Origin: Cupriavidus necator
GTDB lineage: Bacteria > Pseudomonadota > Gammaproteobacteria > Burkholderiales > Burkholderiaceae
Length of the DNA: 32,000 bases
Assembly (NCBI RefSeq): GCF_016127575.1
Contig: NZ_CP066019.1
Coordinates: 240,001 to 272,000, forward strand
Direction: 5' to 3'
Shown here: piece after piece, positions 9,229 to 18,108 of the stretch
Numbering within the stretch: the first letter of the stretch is position 1
Layout: each line of letters begins with the position of its first letter
The notes under the pieces: model-generated
Database searches by the model: none
The model's input: the letters and a program-made list of their open reading frames with translations, nothing else
Told to the model about the DNA's origin: nothing
Translations under genes and position numbers: made by a program

Positions 9229-9240
9229 AATTTATAAATT
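9229..9240. promoter_or_regulatory. Perfect AT-only palindrome AATTTATAAATT upstream of the hydrolase-RidA operon
   Basis: It lies about 95 nt upstream of the hydrolase ATG. It shares the 9-mer TTATAAATT with the palindrome at 6901-6909. Confidence 0.3.
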
Positions 9241-9297
9241 AAAGGCGCAATGTCCGTGCCGGATAGGCAACGGACGCCTCCGGCGACACGACGCATA

Positions 9298-10914
9298 TCA
9301 CCTGCGGGGTTGGATGGTCGCTACCGCGAGACCCGCTCCGGCGAACGCGCACACGGCGGACACCAGCGCAACCGCGCGCAGCGCTTCAGTGATAGCTTCG
9401 GCTTCCGCCAGCGCCACGGGTGGCTGGGTCGGCAAATGGGCGTCGCCCGCTGCCGCCCCGGCTTGCGCGCCCGGCTCCAGCAACTGCCCGGTCCGGCGTG
9501 CGTCCCTGGGAACGCCCAGTTCATCGAGCCGCGCCGACAGCGCCGCCTGGTGCGACCACACGAACACGATGCCGAGCACCGCAACTGCCAGCAGACTCGC
9601 CATACGTGCAACCGCATTGTTGATGCCGGATGCAACGCCTGCGTGGTCAGCCGGCACCGAGCCCATCACAATCGTCGTGAGTGGCGCGACGGTGATCGTC
9701 ATGCCAAGCCCAAGCACGGTGAGCGCAGGGAAAAATCCGGCCCAATAGCTGCCGCCCACGAACGGCAACGCCAGCATCACGAATCCGATTCCCGCGATAC
9801 CCGGGCCAGCGCTCAACAGGATCCGCGAGCCGAAGCGGCTCGTCAGGCCGCCGGTGAAGCGCGACAACAAGCCGATGATGACCGGCACCGGCAGCAGCGC
9901 CGCGCCCGCTTCAGTTGCGGTGTAGGCATGTGCGCGGATCAGCGTGAACGGCAGGAAGAACAGTGCGCCGCTCAGGCCGAAGTAGAGCAGCAGTGTGACG
10001 AGGTTGGCGCCGGTGAAATCGCGTGAGCGGAACACGTCGAGCGGCATCATGGGGTGACGGCTGTTCGCTTCGATCATCACGAATGCGACCAGCACGAGCG
10101 CGCCGGCGCCGATCGCGCACAGTACAAGCGGATCTGCGAAACCGCGCGCAGACGCCTCGGTCAGACCATAGGTGAGGGCAGCCAGCCCCGCTGCGACGCT
10201 AAGCGCGCCGGGCCAGTCCAACTGTCGAGGCGCATCGAGCTTGTGGCTGTTCGGCACCGACAAAATCGCGAGCGCGATCGTCACCGCTGCAAGCGGGACG
10301 TTGAGGAAGAATATCGCGCGCCACGACAACACGTCGACGAGCCAGCCGCCCGCCACCGGCGCCGCCGCCGACGTGATCGCCCCGACGGCCGCCCAGGTGC
10401 CGATTGCCCGTCCGCGCGCTTCGCCTTCGTACACGGCGCCGATGATCGCGAGACTGCTGGGTACGAAGAGTGCTGCACCAATGCCCTGCACTGCGCGCGC
10501 GGCGATCAGCGAATTCGCGTCCGGCGCGAACCCGCAAGCGGCCGACGTCAGCGTGAAGACCCCGATGCCCGCAATGAATACCGTGCGGCGGCCGAGCTTG
10601 TCGCCCATCGATCCGCCCACCAGCACGAGGGACCCGAGAAAGAGCAGGTAGGCGTTAACGATCCACTGCATTGCCGCGACGCTCGCGCCGAGTTCGCTCT
10701 GAATGGCGGGTAGCGCGACATTGACGACGGAGCCGTCGATGAACGCCATGCTTGAGCCGAGGATCGTCGCGGCGAGTGCTAGACGCTTGCGCCGGCACGG
10801 GCGGTCGACTGCGGTGGGCTGCGTGCGGATGACGAGTTCGTCGCACGGGCTTGCTTGTGCAGCGATGACGTGCGCGATCATTTGGTCGCTATCGGGAAGA
10901 TCCGGGTTGGCCAA
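9298..10914 (-). CDS. MFS transporter, DHA2 (EmrB/QacA-like, 14-TMS) drug:H+ antiporter family
   Basis: 538 aa and highly hydrophobic. SMAFIDGSVVNVALPAIQSELGAS is a typical DHA2 TM1. It has the GDKLGRR motif A. The exact start is uncertain (M1 or M12). Confidence 0.85.
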   Translation of the reverse strand: MANPDLPDSDQMIAHVIAAQASPCDELVIRTQPTAVDRPCRRKRLALAATILGSSMAFIDGSVVNVALPAIQSELGASVAAMQWIVNAYLLFLGSLVLVGGSMGDKLGRRTVFIAGIGVFTLTSAACGFAPDANSLIAARAVQGIGAALFVPSSLAIIGAVYEGEARGRAIGTWAAVGAITSAAAPVAGGWLVDVLSWRAIFFLNVPLAAVTIALAILSVPNSHKLDAPRQLDWPGALSVAAGLAALTYGLTEASARGFADPLVLCAIGAGALVLVAFVMIEANSRHPMMPLDVFRSRDFTGANLVTLLLYFGLSGALFFLPFTLIRAHAYTATEAGAALLPVPVIIGLLSRFTGGLTSRFGSRILLSAGPGIAGIGFVMLALPFVGGSYWAGFFPALTVLGLGMTITVAPLTTIVMGSVPADHAGVASGINNAVARMASLLAVAVLGIVFVWSHQAALSARLDELGVPRDARRTGQLLEPGAQAGAAAGDAHLPTQPPVALAEAEAITEALRAVALVSAVCAFAGAGLAVATIQPRR

Positions 10915-10941
10915 GCTCGCTCCCGTGCCGGTCGATGGTGA

Positions 10942-11328
10942 CTAGCATAGTAGTGGGAGTGCGGGACCGCCGATACGGTTGGGACGGGTGCGTGCGTGCG
11001 AGCGGTCGCGGCGCCCATCAGTTGCGCGGTCCGCCTCATCTAGCGCATGGAACCAGGCGTGATCGCTGCCATCGATCTGCACCGGTTCGCTCCAGACTTG
11101 CTGTTCGACACCGGCTTCCGGGTGTCCTGGAAGCTGCGCCCACCCAAAAGCATCAGCCGTGCAACCGGCGGGAATGTCTATGATCCGGCATACGAAGACT
11201 GGCGAAATCTTGATGTCGTGCCGCTCGCGCAGGGTCTCGCAGGCCAGCATTGGGCCGAAGTCGGCGTAGCTGTCGCGAATCAGGCCGCGCACGCGGGATT
11301 CCAGGTCGGGCGGTTGGGCCCGTTACTC
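10942..11328 (-). mobile_element. Decayed transposase gene (ISNCY-like integrase-core family), internally deleted and lacking an N-terminus
   Basis: The translation LESRVRGLIRDSYADFGPMLACETLRERHDIKIS, then ...VQIDGSDHAWF, resembles two conserved blocks of ISNCY-type transposases. The roughly 60 intervening residues are missing or garbled, and a TAA stop lies just upstream. No inverted repeats were identified. Confidence 0.5.
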
Positions 11329-11437
11329 CCCTTGGTGGGAGGGAAGTCGATCTTCTAGCATAGATACGCTGGCCAAGCGACCGACAAGGCAGGGAGCGCT
11401 TGATATGACGGTTACGAAGCTTCAGGAGGTAATGGAT

Positions 11438-11740
11438 ATGTCTGCCACAAGGATTGAGATGTGCGACCAGGATGGCGACGGGGTATTGACCATTCGAGAT
11501 GACGGCGCCGCATTTTCAGGAGTCGCGCTTGAGCTTTCGAATCTATTCGGTGAAGACGTGGTCGCGGATCTTGATAAGCACCAGTTGCTCAAATGGTGCG
11601 AGATGGTCGCGGCCCATCTTCGCAACCAAGGCGTTATGCCAGGCGAGTGCGCTCCGGAGGGCTACGTCAACAAAACTAGTCAAAGCCGGACGAAAGAGCA
11701 GCCTGGCGTCGAGGAGCTTTTGCAGTCGGCGGCATCTTGA
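11438..11740 (+). CDS. Hypothetical small acidic protein (orphan)
   Basis: A strong AGGAGG SD (11424-11429) lies 8 nt before ATG 11438. The region is visibly AT-richer than its flanks. I recognise no family. Confidence 0.4.
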   Translation: MSATRIEMCDQDGDGVLTIRDDGAAFSGVALELSNLFGEDVVADLDKHQLLKWCEMVAAHLRNQGVMPGECAPEGYVNKTSQSRTKEQPGVEELLQSAAS

Positions 11741-11989
11741 CTCTGGCGAACGCGAGACGCTTTGCTGGCAACAGAGCGTCTTTTCGTTGGCGCATTGCTT
11801 AACAATCCCCACCAGCCAGCGATTCCGGTCGACGGCCGTTTCCGATTGCAGATTCAACCGGTCGATGCAACAGCTTGATGGAATCGTTCAGCCGGTACCG
11901 GCCGGATGCCCTCCGCGAAACTGCCGCCCGATGTTGCCGCCTTGAACCCCAAGGCCGGCCCACTACTGCGTTGCGATGGCCAGCACGCC

Positions 11990-12454
11990 TCAGGCGACCG
12001 CACCCGGCGGCGCATGGCGTGCCAGGAAGCGGTCCAATTGCCCAGCGAACGCCTTGCTGTCCTGCTGGGCGTACGCTGCCGGCCCGCCGGTATCAACGCC
12101 TGAACTGCGGAGTTGTTCCATCACCTCGCGCATGGTCAGGCGCTCCTGGATGTTCTCACGGCTGAACCAGCTTCCTCGCGGGTCGAGCACATAGGCGCCC
12201 TTGTCAAGGGCGGCGGCGGCAAGAACGATGTCCGCCGTAATGACGAGGTCCCCGCTGCTGACCAACTCGACGATACGGTCATCGGCGACGTCGAAGCCCG
12301 CAGGCACTTGCAGTGACTTGATGAAGCGCGAAGGCGGCGTGCGCATGTACTGGTTGGCAACCAGCGTGACGCACACTTCGACACGTTGTGCGGCCCGATA
12401 CAACATTTCCTTGACGACAACCGGGCAGGCGTCTGCGTCAACCAGTACTTGCAT
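11990..12454 (-). CDS. yaiI: YaiI/YqxD family protein (UPF0178 / DUF188)
   Basis: MQVLVDADACPVVVKEMLYRAAQRVEV..LVANQYMRTPPSRFIKSLQVPAGFDVADDRIVE...GDLVITADI.LAA...LTMREVMEQLRSSGVDTGGP aligns along its whole length with E. coli YaiI as I remember it. Confidence 0.85.
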   Translation of the reverse strand: MQVLVDADACPVVVKEMLYRAAQRVEVCVTLVANQYMRTPPSRFIKSLQVPAGFDVADDRIVELVSSGDLVITADIVLAAAALDKGAYVLDPRGSWFSRENIQERLTMREVMEQLRSSGVDTGGPAAYAQQDSKAFAGQLDRFLARHAPPGAVA

Positions 12455-12584
12455 CGCGATACTTCCAATGGGGGGAGGGAACGCTCATCTTACTGCCTGC
12501 GCGTCCCGTTCGTTTGTTATTCGGCCAACCCCTGGTCCGGCGGTAGCCGGCCCGAACGCACCTTCGCCTTTACTTCCCGCGCCG

Positions 12585-12710
12585 CACCGTCGTGAGGTGT
12601 TCGCCAAAGAAATCATCGACGACTTGCGCGGAATCCTGGCCAACGTCTGCACCGAAGTAGAGGCGGACATTGTGGAAATCGATGGAGAGGACGATCACGT
12701 CCACCTGTTG
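12585..12710 (+). mobile_element. Remnant of an IS200/IS605-family Y1 transposase (TnpA), about 42 codons of the central core only
   Basis: HRREVFAKEIIDDLRGILANVCTEVEADIVEIDGEDDHVHLL matches the YRR-x-VF...E-x-NGE-x-DHVHLL core. Both the N-terminal HUH region and the C-terminal Tyr region are absent. It abuts the 3' end of the permease gene. Confidence 0.55.
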
Positions 12711-12744
12711 GCAGGATGTACCCGCAAGCCTCGCCGGCGCCTCT

Positions 12745-13533
12745 TCACGAATGCCGGCCACCCCTCATGATCGCGCTGGCCGTGTCGACCACGGCCGCCA
12801 GGGCAAGCATGGCGATGATCACCGTGCAAGCCTGGGGCAGATGGAACAGGGACAGCTCGAAATACAACATCTGCCCAAGCCCGCCGGCGCCGACAAAGCC
12901 AAGGATTGCCGCCACGCGGATATTCGTTTCCCAGCGGTACAGGATGTAGGCCAGAAACTGGGGCCATACGCAGGGCAGCGTCCCGTACATGAAGACCAGC
13001 GCGGCAGGAGTGCCCCCTTCCATCAGCGCGCGGGCGGGTGCGCGCGGCGCATTCTCCAGCGCCTCGGCGAACAGGCGACCGAGCACGCCCGCGGTATGCA
13101 GTGCCAGGGCGAGGGTGCCGGCAAACGGTCCAAGGCCGACTGCGAGTACGGTCAGGGCAGCCCATACCAGCTCGGGGATCGAGCGCAACAGGTTCAGTAG
13201 CAAGCGCGACAAGGCGCGCAGCGCATCGCCGTAGAGCCCGGAAGCCGGTAGTGCCAGGCCAAAACCCAGCACCGCCGCACACAGCGTGCCCACCGCGGAA
13301 ACCGCGAGCGTTTCGAGCATGCTGCCAGCGGTTCTGGCCAAAAAAGCGGGTGACAGCTGCGGCGGGAAGAACGTCAGCAGGAAGCGCGCCATCTCGGCTG
13401 CAGCGTCCGCGGAAAAAAGCTGACCCAGATCGAGCGACAGATACGCGAAGCTGCCCGAAACCGCGGCGGCCACCGCGATCAGGGTGAGCAGGCAGCGCAT
13501 GCAGAATTGAGCGGCCTTGACCTTGTGCGCCAT
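12745..13533 (-). CDS. phnE: PhnE-type ABC transporter permease (second permease of the selD-linked transporter)
   Basis: 262 aa and multi-TMS. PhnE-like blocks are FFPP..SP.FL, LETLA.S..GT and RSIPELVWA. The EAA-like region is EALENAPRAPARALMEGG, followed by YRWETNIR. Confidence 0.85.
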   Translation of the reverse strand: MAHKVKAAQFCMRCLLTLIAVAAAVSGSFAYLSLDLGQLFSADAAAEMARFLLTFFPPQLSPAFLARTAGSMLETLAVSAVGTLCAAVLGFGLALPASGLYGDALRALSRLLLNLLRSIPELVWAALTVLAVGLGPFAGTLALALHTAGVLGRLFAEALENAPRAPARALMEGGTPAALVFMYGTLPCVWPQFLAYILYRWETNIRVAAILGFVGAGGLGQMLYFELSLFHLPQACTVIIAMLALAAVVDTASAIMRGGRHS

Positions 13534-13536
13534 GAT

Positions 13537-14358
13537 TCAGTCGAGCAGCTTGCGCAGGTGCGCGCTGAGCGCGTCCGCCAGCAGGACCAGCAGCAGGAAC
13601 ACTAGCAGGATGGTCGCGGCTTCCCCGCCGTTGAGCAGTTTCATGGCCTGGTCCATCAACTGCCCAAGTCCGCCGGCGCCAACGAAGCCCATGACCACGG
13701 AAGCCCGGATGGCACATTCCCAGCGGTAGACGGTGTACGAGACCAGCTCCTGCGAGGCATGGGGAAGCAGCCCATAGAACAGTGCCGCCAGGCGCCCGCT
13801 GCCGCTGCCAAGCAGGGCATCCACGGCGCGTGTGTCGCTGGATTCGAGGATTTCCGCATAGACCTTTGCCAGCATGCCGCCATAGGTGATGGCCAGGGCG
13901 AGCACGCCCGCCGCCGCCCCCAGGCCGAGGGCGCGCACGAAGACCAGTGCCCACACCAACTCCGGCACCCCGCGCAGCAGCAGCACCAGGGCGCGCACGC
14001 CAGCGCGCACCGCCATGCGCGGCTTGCGTCCCCGGCCGGGGCCGATGCGCGACACCGACAGGCTGCCCGTCAAGGCCACGGCCAGAGGTGTTGCGATCAC
14101 AAAGGCGAGCGCAATGCCCGCGGTGGCGATCGCCAGCGTTTCCAGCGTGGCGTTGACCACAAGCCCGAGGAATCCGGGCGAAACCTCGGGGGGAAGGAAG
14201 TTGCGCACGAAGGCGCCCATCACCTTGAGGTTTCCGGTGTCGAACAAGGCTGAAGGGCTGAACCGGGACAGCTGCAACAATGGCCACAGCAGAAGCAGCG
14301 CGAGCACCAGGCCGCTGGCGCGCCGCAGCGCCTGGGGATCGCGCGGGTGGGCGGTCAT
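13537..14358 (-). CDS. phnE: PhnE-type ABC transporter permease (first permease)
   Basis: From ATG 14358: [69 protein letters not shown]. The ATG overlaps the phnC-like stop (ATGA). The 410-aa track ORF is an upstream extension. Confidence 0.85.
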   Translation of the reverse strand: MTAHPRDPQALRRASGLVLALLLLWPLLQLSRFSPSALFDTGNLKVMGAFVRNFLPPEVSPGFLGLVVNATLETLAIATAGIALAFVIATPLAVALTGSLSVSRIGPGRGRKPRMAVRAGVRALVLLLRGVPELVWALVFVRALGLGAAAGVLALAITYGGMLAKVYAEILESSDTRAVDALLGSGSGRLAALFYGLLPHASQELVSYTVYRWECAIRASVVMGFVGAGGLGQLMDQAMKLLNGGEAATILLVFLLLVLLADALSAHLRKLLD

Positions 14359-15197
14359 CGGCACGCCGGCCTGGGTTGGGTGTCGCCACCGATGGCGGCG
14401 CTCGCACCTGCCGCGATGCTCGTCAGGGCCTGGCTGCCCTGTACCGGTGGCGATGCGCTTTCGGAGGCATAGAGTTCGCGCAGCAGCGCGTCGGTGACGC
14501 GCTCGGCCGGCAGGTCGAAGGCGATCTCGCCCGCCTTCAGGCCGACGATGCGGGGAAACCAGCGCAGCGCCAGATCCACTGCGTGCAGGCTGGCGACCAG
14601 GGGCACCGCGCGTGTATCCGCTTCCCTGCGCAGCTCGCCCAGGGTGAGGTTGGCCAGCACCGGGTCCATTGCCGAGACCGGTTCGTCCGCCAGGATCAAT
14701 TCCGGGCGCTGGTAAAGCACGCGGGCGACGCCCACGCGCTGCAGCTGACCGCCCGAGAGCTGGTCGCACCGGTCGAACAGGCGGTCGGCCAGCTCAAGGC
14801 GGGCGAGCTGTTCGCCGGCACCATCGATGTCTGCCGGATAGACCAGCGACAGCAAGGATTTCCAGGCGGGCCAGATGCCCAGGCGGCCGGCAAGGATGGC
14901 CGTGACCACGCGCTGGCGCGGCGGCATCGGCGGCGCCTGGTGCACCATGCCGATGCGGCAGCGCAACTGCTGCAGGCGTGCGGCGGATACCGCCCAGGGG
15001 CTTTGCTCCAGCACCTCCACACGGCCCTCGCTTGGCCGCAGCGACGTTGCCAGCAAGCGCAGCAAGGAGGTCTTGCCGGCTCCGGACGGACCGATGACGG
15101 CGATGGGCTCGCCGCGGCTGGCCGCCAACGTGATCTGGCTGAGCGCACGCTGTCCGTTGGCGTAACTGACGCTGGCGGCGTCCAGGCGGAAGCTCAT
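14355..15197 (-). CDS. phnC: PhnC-type ABC transporter ATP-binding protein
   Basis: Walker A motif [10 protein letters not shown]-loop, signature LSGGQLQRV and Walker B LILADEP. 280 aa. Confidence 0.9.
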   Translation of the reverse strand: MSFRLDAASVSYANGQRALSQITLAASRGEPIAVIGPSGAGKTSLLRLLATSLRPSEGRVEVLEQSPWAVSAARLQQLRCRIGMVHQAPPMPPRQRVVTAILAGRLGIWPAWKSLLSLVYPADIDGAGEQLARLELADRLFDRCDQLSGGQLQRVGVARVLYQRPELILADEPVSAMDPVLANLTLGELRREADTRAVPLVASLHAVDLALRWFPRIVGLKAGEIAFDLPAERVTDALLRELYASESASPPVQGSQALTSIAAGASAAIGGDTQPRPACR

Positions 15198-15207
15198 CAG
15201 ACCGGCA

Positions 15208-16059
15208 TCACCGGATCAGGCCCGCGGCCCGGGCTGCGGCCTCGATGCCGTCGTAGTTTTCGGGCCGGGTGGGAATGTACCTGGCGGTCCGCTGCAATGC
15301 CATGATCTCGCGCTGCTCGGGATTGGCCGGGTCCAGCCGCAGGAATGCTTCGGTCAGCTTCTTGCGCAAGGCGGGATCGAGCCCGCCGCGCACGGTCCAG
15401 TTGTAGTCGTAATAGGGCGGTGTGACAGCAAATACCCTGACCTTGGCGGGATCCACCTTGCGCTGCTCCACCAGCTTGTCCCACACCGAGGCATTGAGCA
15501 CGCCGGCGTCGGCCCTGCCGGCCTGCACGAAAGCCACCGTCGCATCGTGGGCGCCCGAATAGGCGAGCGTCTTGAAGTCCTTGTCCGGGTCGATGCCCGC
15601 CTGCAGCAGGAAGTGCCGTGGCATCAGGTGGCCGGAGGTAGAGGACGGCGCGCCGAAGACGAAGGTGTGGCCTTTGAGGTCGGCCAGTGACTTGATCGCG
15701 CTGTCGGCGGTGATGAACTTGCTGGTGAAGGCGGCATCTTCCTGGCGCTGGACGATGGGGATGGTGGCTCCCTTCGTCCGGATCTTGCTCTGCACATAGG
15801 TAAAGCCGCCCAGCCACGCCATGTCGATCTTGCCGGTGGCCAGCGCTTCGACCACCGCAGCGTAGTCCGTGACGGGCACGAACTTCACCTTCATGCCGGT
15901 TTCCTTCTCCAGGTAGTTGCCGAGCGGCGCGAACTTGCGCTGCAGTTCGGTGGGGGACTCGTCGGGAATGGCCGAGACCTTCAGGACAGCCTGGGCACTG
16001 GCGAGGCCGGCAAAGCCCAGCAGGGTCAGCGCGGCAAGGCGCTTAAGCAACGGCAACAC
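15208..16059 (-). CDS. PhnD-family periplasmic substrate-binding protein (candidate selenate/selenite-binding clade)
   Basis: Signal peptide [24 protein letters not shown], then [60 protein letters not shown], a PhnD fold. The GTG start at 16059 has an AAGGAG SD at 16066-16071 inside the 3' end of selD. Confidence 0.85.
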   Translation of the reverse strand: MLPLLKRLAALTLLGFAGLASAQAVLKVSAIPDESPTELQRKFAPLGNYLEKETGMKVKFVPVTDYAAVVEALATGKIDMAWLGGFTYVQSKIRTKGATIPIVQRQEDAAFTSKFITADSAIKSLADLKGHTFVFGAPSSTSGHLMPRHFLLQAGIDPDKDFKTLAYSGAHDATVAFVQAGRADAGVLNASVWDKLVEQRKVDPAKVRVFAVTPPYYDYNWTVRGGLDPALRKKLTEAFLRLDPANPEQREIMALQRTARYIPTRPENYDGIEAAARAAGLIR

Positions 16060-17116
16060 GGGCGGCTCCTTGCGTCATTTCTCCGATCACGGCAGCGTCT
16101 GCGAAGCCTTCCCGGTTAAAGATCTCCAGGACCTCGTCCACGGCTTCCGGTGCGCACGACACCAGCAAGCCGCCGCTGGTCTGGGGATCGGTCAGCAGTG
16201 CCTGCTGGCTTGGCGTGACCGACGTGGACAGGTCCACCTCGCTGCCGTAGCTGACCCAGTTGCGCCCCGATGCGCCGGTCACCAGCCCTTCGGCGGCCAT
16301 GCGCTCGACCCGCGGCAGCAGTGGAATCCGCGCCATGTCCAGCCGCGCGCCGACGCCCGCGCCACGACACAGCTCCAGCAGGTGGCCGAGCAGGCCGAAG
16401 CCGGTCACGTCGGTCAGCGCGTGGACAGCCGGCACTTCGGCCAGCAGTCGGCCGGGCGTGTTGAGTTTGGTGGTGCAGGCAATCAGTTCCTGATAGCCGG
16501 CCGCGTCGAGCTTGTCCTTCTTCACCGCGGCGGACAACACGCCCACGCCCAACGGCTTGCCGAGGATCAGCTTGTCGCCCGCCTTGGCGCCGCTGTTCTT
16601 CTTGACCCGGTTCGGGTGCACCAGACCAAGGACCACCAGCCCGTAGATCGGCTCAAGGGAATCGATGGTGTGGCCGCCCGCGACCGGGATGCCCGCCTGG
16701 GCGCAGATCGATTCGCCGCCTTCGAGGATCTTGCCGATGACCTCAGGCGGCAGCTTCTCGATGGGCATGCCGACCAGCGCCAGCGCCATGATCGGGGTTC
16801 CGCCCATGGCATAGACGTCGGAGATGGCGTTGGTGGCGGCGATACGCCCGAAATCGTACGGATCGTCCACCACCGGCATGAAGAAGTCCGTGGTGGCGAT
16901 CAGGGCCTGGCTGTCATTGAGCTGGTAGACCGCCGCGTCGTCGCTGGTCTCTTTGCCGACCAGCAGTGCTGCCGGAGCAGCGAAGCCGACCGAATTCCTT
17001 AGGATTTCAGAAAGCACACCGGGGGCAATCTTGCACCCACACCCGCCGCCGTGGGAGAAGGCGGTGAGCTTGATCTTTGCGTTGTTTGGCTGGTCCACTG
17101 CGGGGCTCCGAGTCAT
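16043..17116 (-). CDS. selD: Selenide, water dikinase (selenophosphate synthetase), Cys-type; SenC-equivalent
   Basis: N-terminal KLTAFSHGGGCGCKIAPGVL matches the E. coli SelD Cys17/Lys20 loop; the codons lie at 17030-17041. An AIR-synthase-like body follows (DDAAVY, ATTDFF, GGHT). The ATG overlaps the upstream stop (ATGA at 17113-17116). Confidence 0.9.
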   Translation of the reverse strand: MTRSPAVDQPNNAKIKLTAFSHGGGCGCKIAPGVLSEILRNSVGFAAPAALLVGKETSDDAAVYQLNDSQALIATTDFFMPVVDDPYDFGRIAATNAISDVYAMGGTPIMALALVGMPIEKLPPEVIGKILEGGESICAQAGIPVAGGHTIDSLEPIYGLVVLGLVHPNRVKKNSGAKAGDKLILGKPLGVGVLSAAVKKDKLDAAGYQELIACTTKLNTPGRLLAEVPAVHALTDVTGFGLLGHLLELCRGAGVGARLDMARIPLLPRVERMAAEGLVTGASGRNWVSYGSEVDLSTSVTPSQQALLTDPQTSGGLLVSCAPEAVDEVLEIFNREGFADAAVIGEMTQGAARVAVA

Positions 17117-18108
17117 TCTGGTTTCAAGGCGTCGGCGACAAGTTTACTCACTTCCGCCCGTTCCCGCGCCGGCGCGAACAGCGGCGCGCGAATTGCGCAT
17201 TGCTGCCGCAGGCGGTCCAGGAACCCGGCATCCCGGCTGGTGCGTTCCAGCACCAGCGCCAATTGCGCGGCGTCACCCAACGGAAAATAGCCTTCGTAGT
17301 CACGGCCCAGCATGCCGACGTTGCCCGGGATGCGGCTGGCCAGCACCGGCACGCCACTGGCGACGGCCTCGATGATCACGTTGGCGCCGCCTTCCATGGC
17401 GCTGGAGATCACCATGGCCTGTGCTTTCCGGATGTGCTGCAGGGTTTCGTCATGGGGCAGGTTTCCGAGCCAGACATAGCGCCGCACGCCGGGCCAGGCT
17501 CGTGCTTCCAGCGCCAGGGCCTCCTGCCGATAGGCGTCATCCAGCGCGCCGCCGATGTGGATCAGGCGCACGCGCGAATCGTCGGGAAGCAGCGAGAGCG
17601 CGCGCATGGGCGTCAGCGGGTCTTTTTCCGCCCGCATGTGGCCGACCAGCACGACGTCGAAGTGATTCTGGCGGGGCGCCGCGGGCGCGCATGCCGGGGC
17701 AGACTGGTAGATCACCCGGCACCGGGCGCGATGCGCGGCCGCCAGTTCGGCCAGCCCTTCGTCCTGCAGCACCACCAGGTGGGTGGCGAGTTCGAGCGAG
17801 CGCTGGGCCGATGCATCGGTGCGGATGTCGCGGTACAGATCGGTGCCGGTCAGCACGACGATCAGCGGACGATCCGGACAAGCCTCGGCAAACCTGGCGA
17901 TGGACTCGGCCGAGCGCCGGGCGTGCAGGGCGATCAGGCAGTCGGGCAGGGCGCCGCCCTGGCTGGCCGTCGACCATTCAGCGGCCAGCGTGACATCGTA
18001 GTCCCCCTGCAGGAACCGGGCCCAGCGATTGGCGGTTTGCCAGTTGCCATTGTTGGCTTTGCGCAGCGCTGGACTGATAATCGCGACGGTGGCCTTGGGA
18101 GGACGCAT
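17113..18108 (-). CDS. senB: GT-B fold glycosyltransferase, selenosugar synthase SenB-like
   Basis: From ATG 18108: MRPPKATVAIISPALRKANNGNWQTANRWARFL. The C-terminal GT1/GT4-type motif is SSAMEGGANVIIEAVASGVPVLASRIPGN. It is translationally coupled to selD. There is no obvious SD, and the alternative GTG at 18192 has none either. Confidence 0.75.
   Translation of the reverse strand: MRPPKATVAIISPALRKANNGNWQTANRWARFLQGDYDVTLAAEWSTASQGGALPDCLIALHARRSAESIARFAEACPDRPLIVVLTGTDLYRDIRTDASAQRSLELATHLVVLQDEGLAELAAAHRARCRVIYQSAPACAPAAPRQNHFDVVLVGHMRAEKDPLTPMRALSLLPDDSRVRLIHIGGALDDAYRQEALALEARAWPGVRRYVWLGNLPHDETLQHIRKAQAMVISSAMEGGANVIIEAVASGVPVLASRIPGNVGMLGRDYEGYFPLGDAAQLALVLERTSRDAGFLDRLRQQCAIRAPLFAPARERAEVSKLVADALKPE

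Noticed and set aside
12742-12749. The 8-mer TCTTCACG occurs at both ends of the sen/transport module (12742-12749 and 19322-19329), so it could be a target-site duplication or att-like repeat.
   Set aside because: An 8-nt match between two ~60-nt windows is plausibly chance. One copy overlaps a stop codon, and no flanking inverted repeats support it.
16043-17116. selD as part of a conventional selenocysteine or selenouridine system.
   Set aside because: The window contains no selA, selB, tRNA-Sec, ybbB or in-frame-TGA selenoprotein gene. selD is instead translationally coupled to a glycosyltransferase and a transporter. Such genes elsewhere in the genome cannot be excluded from this window alone.
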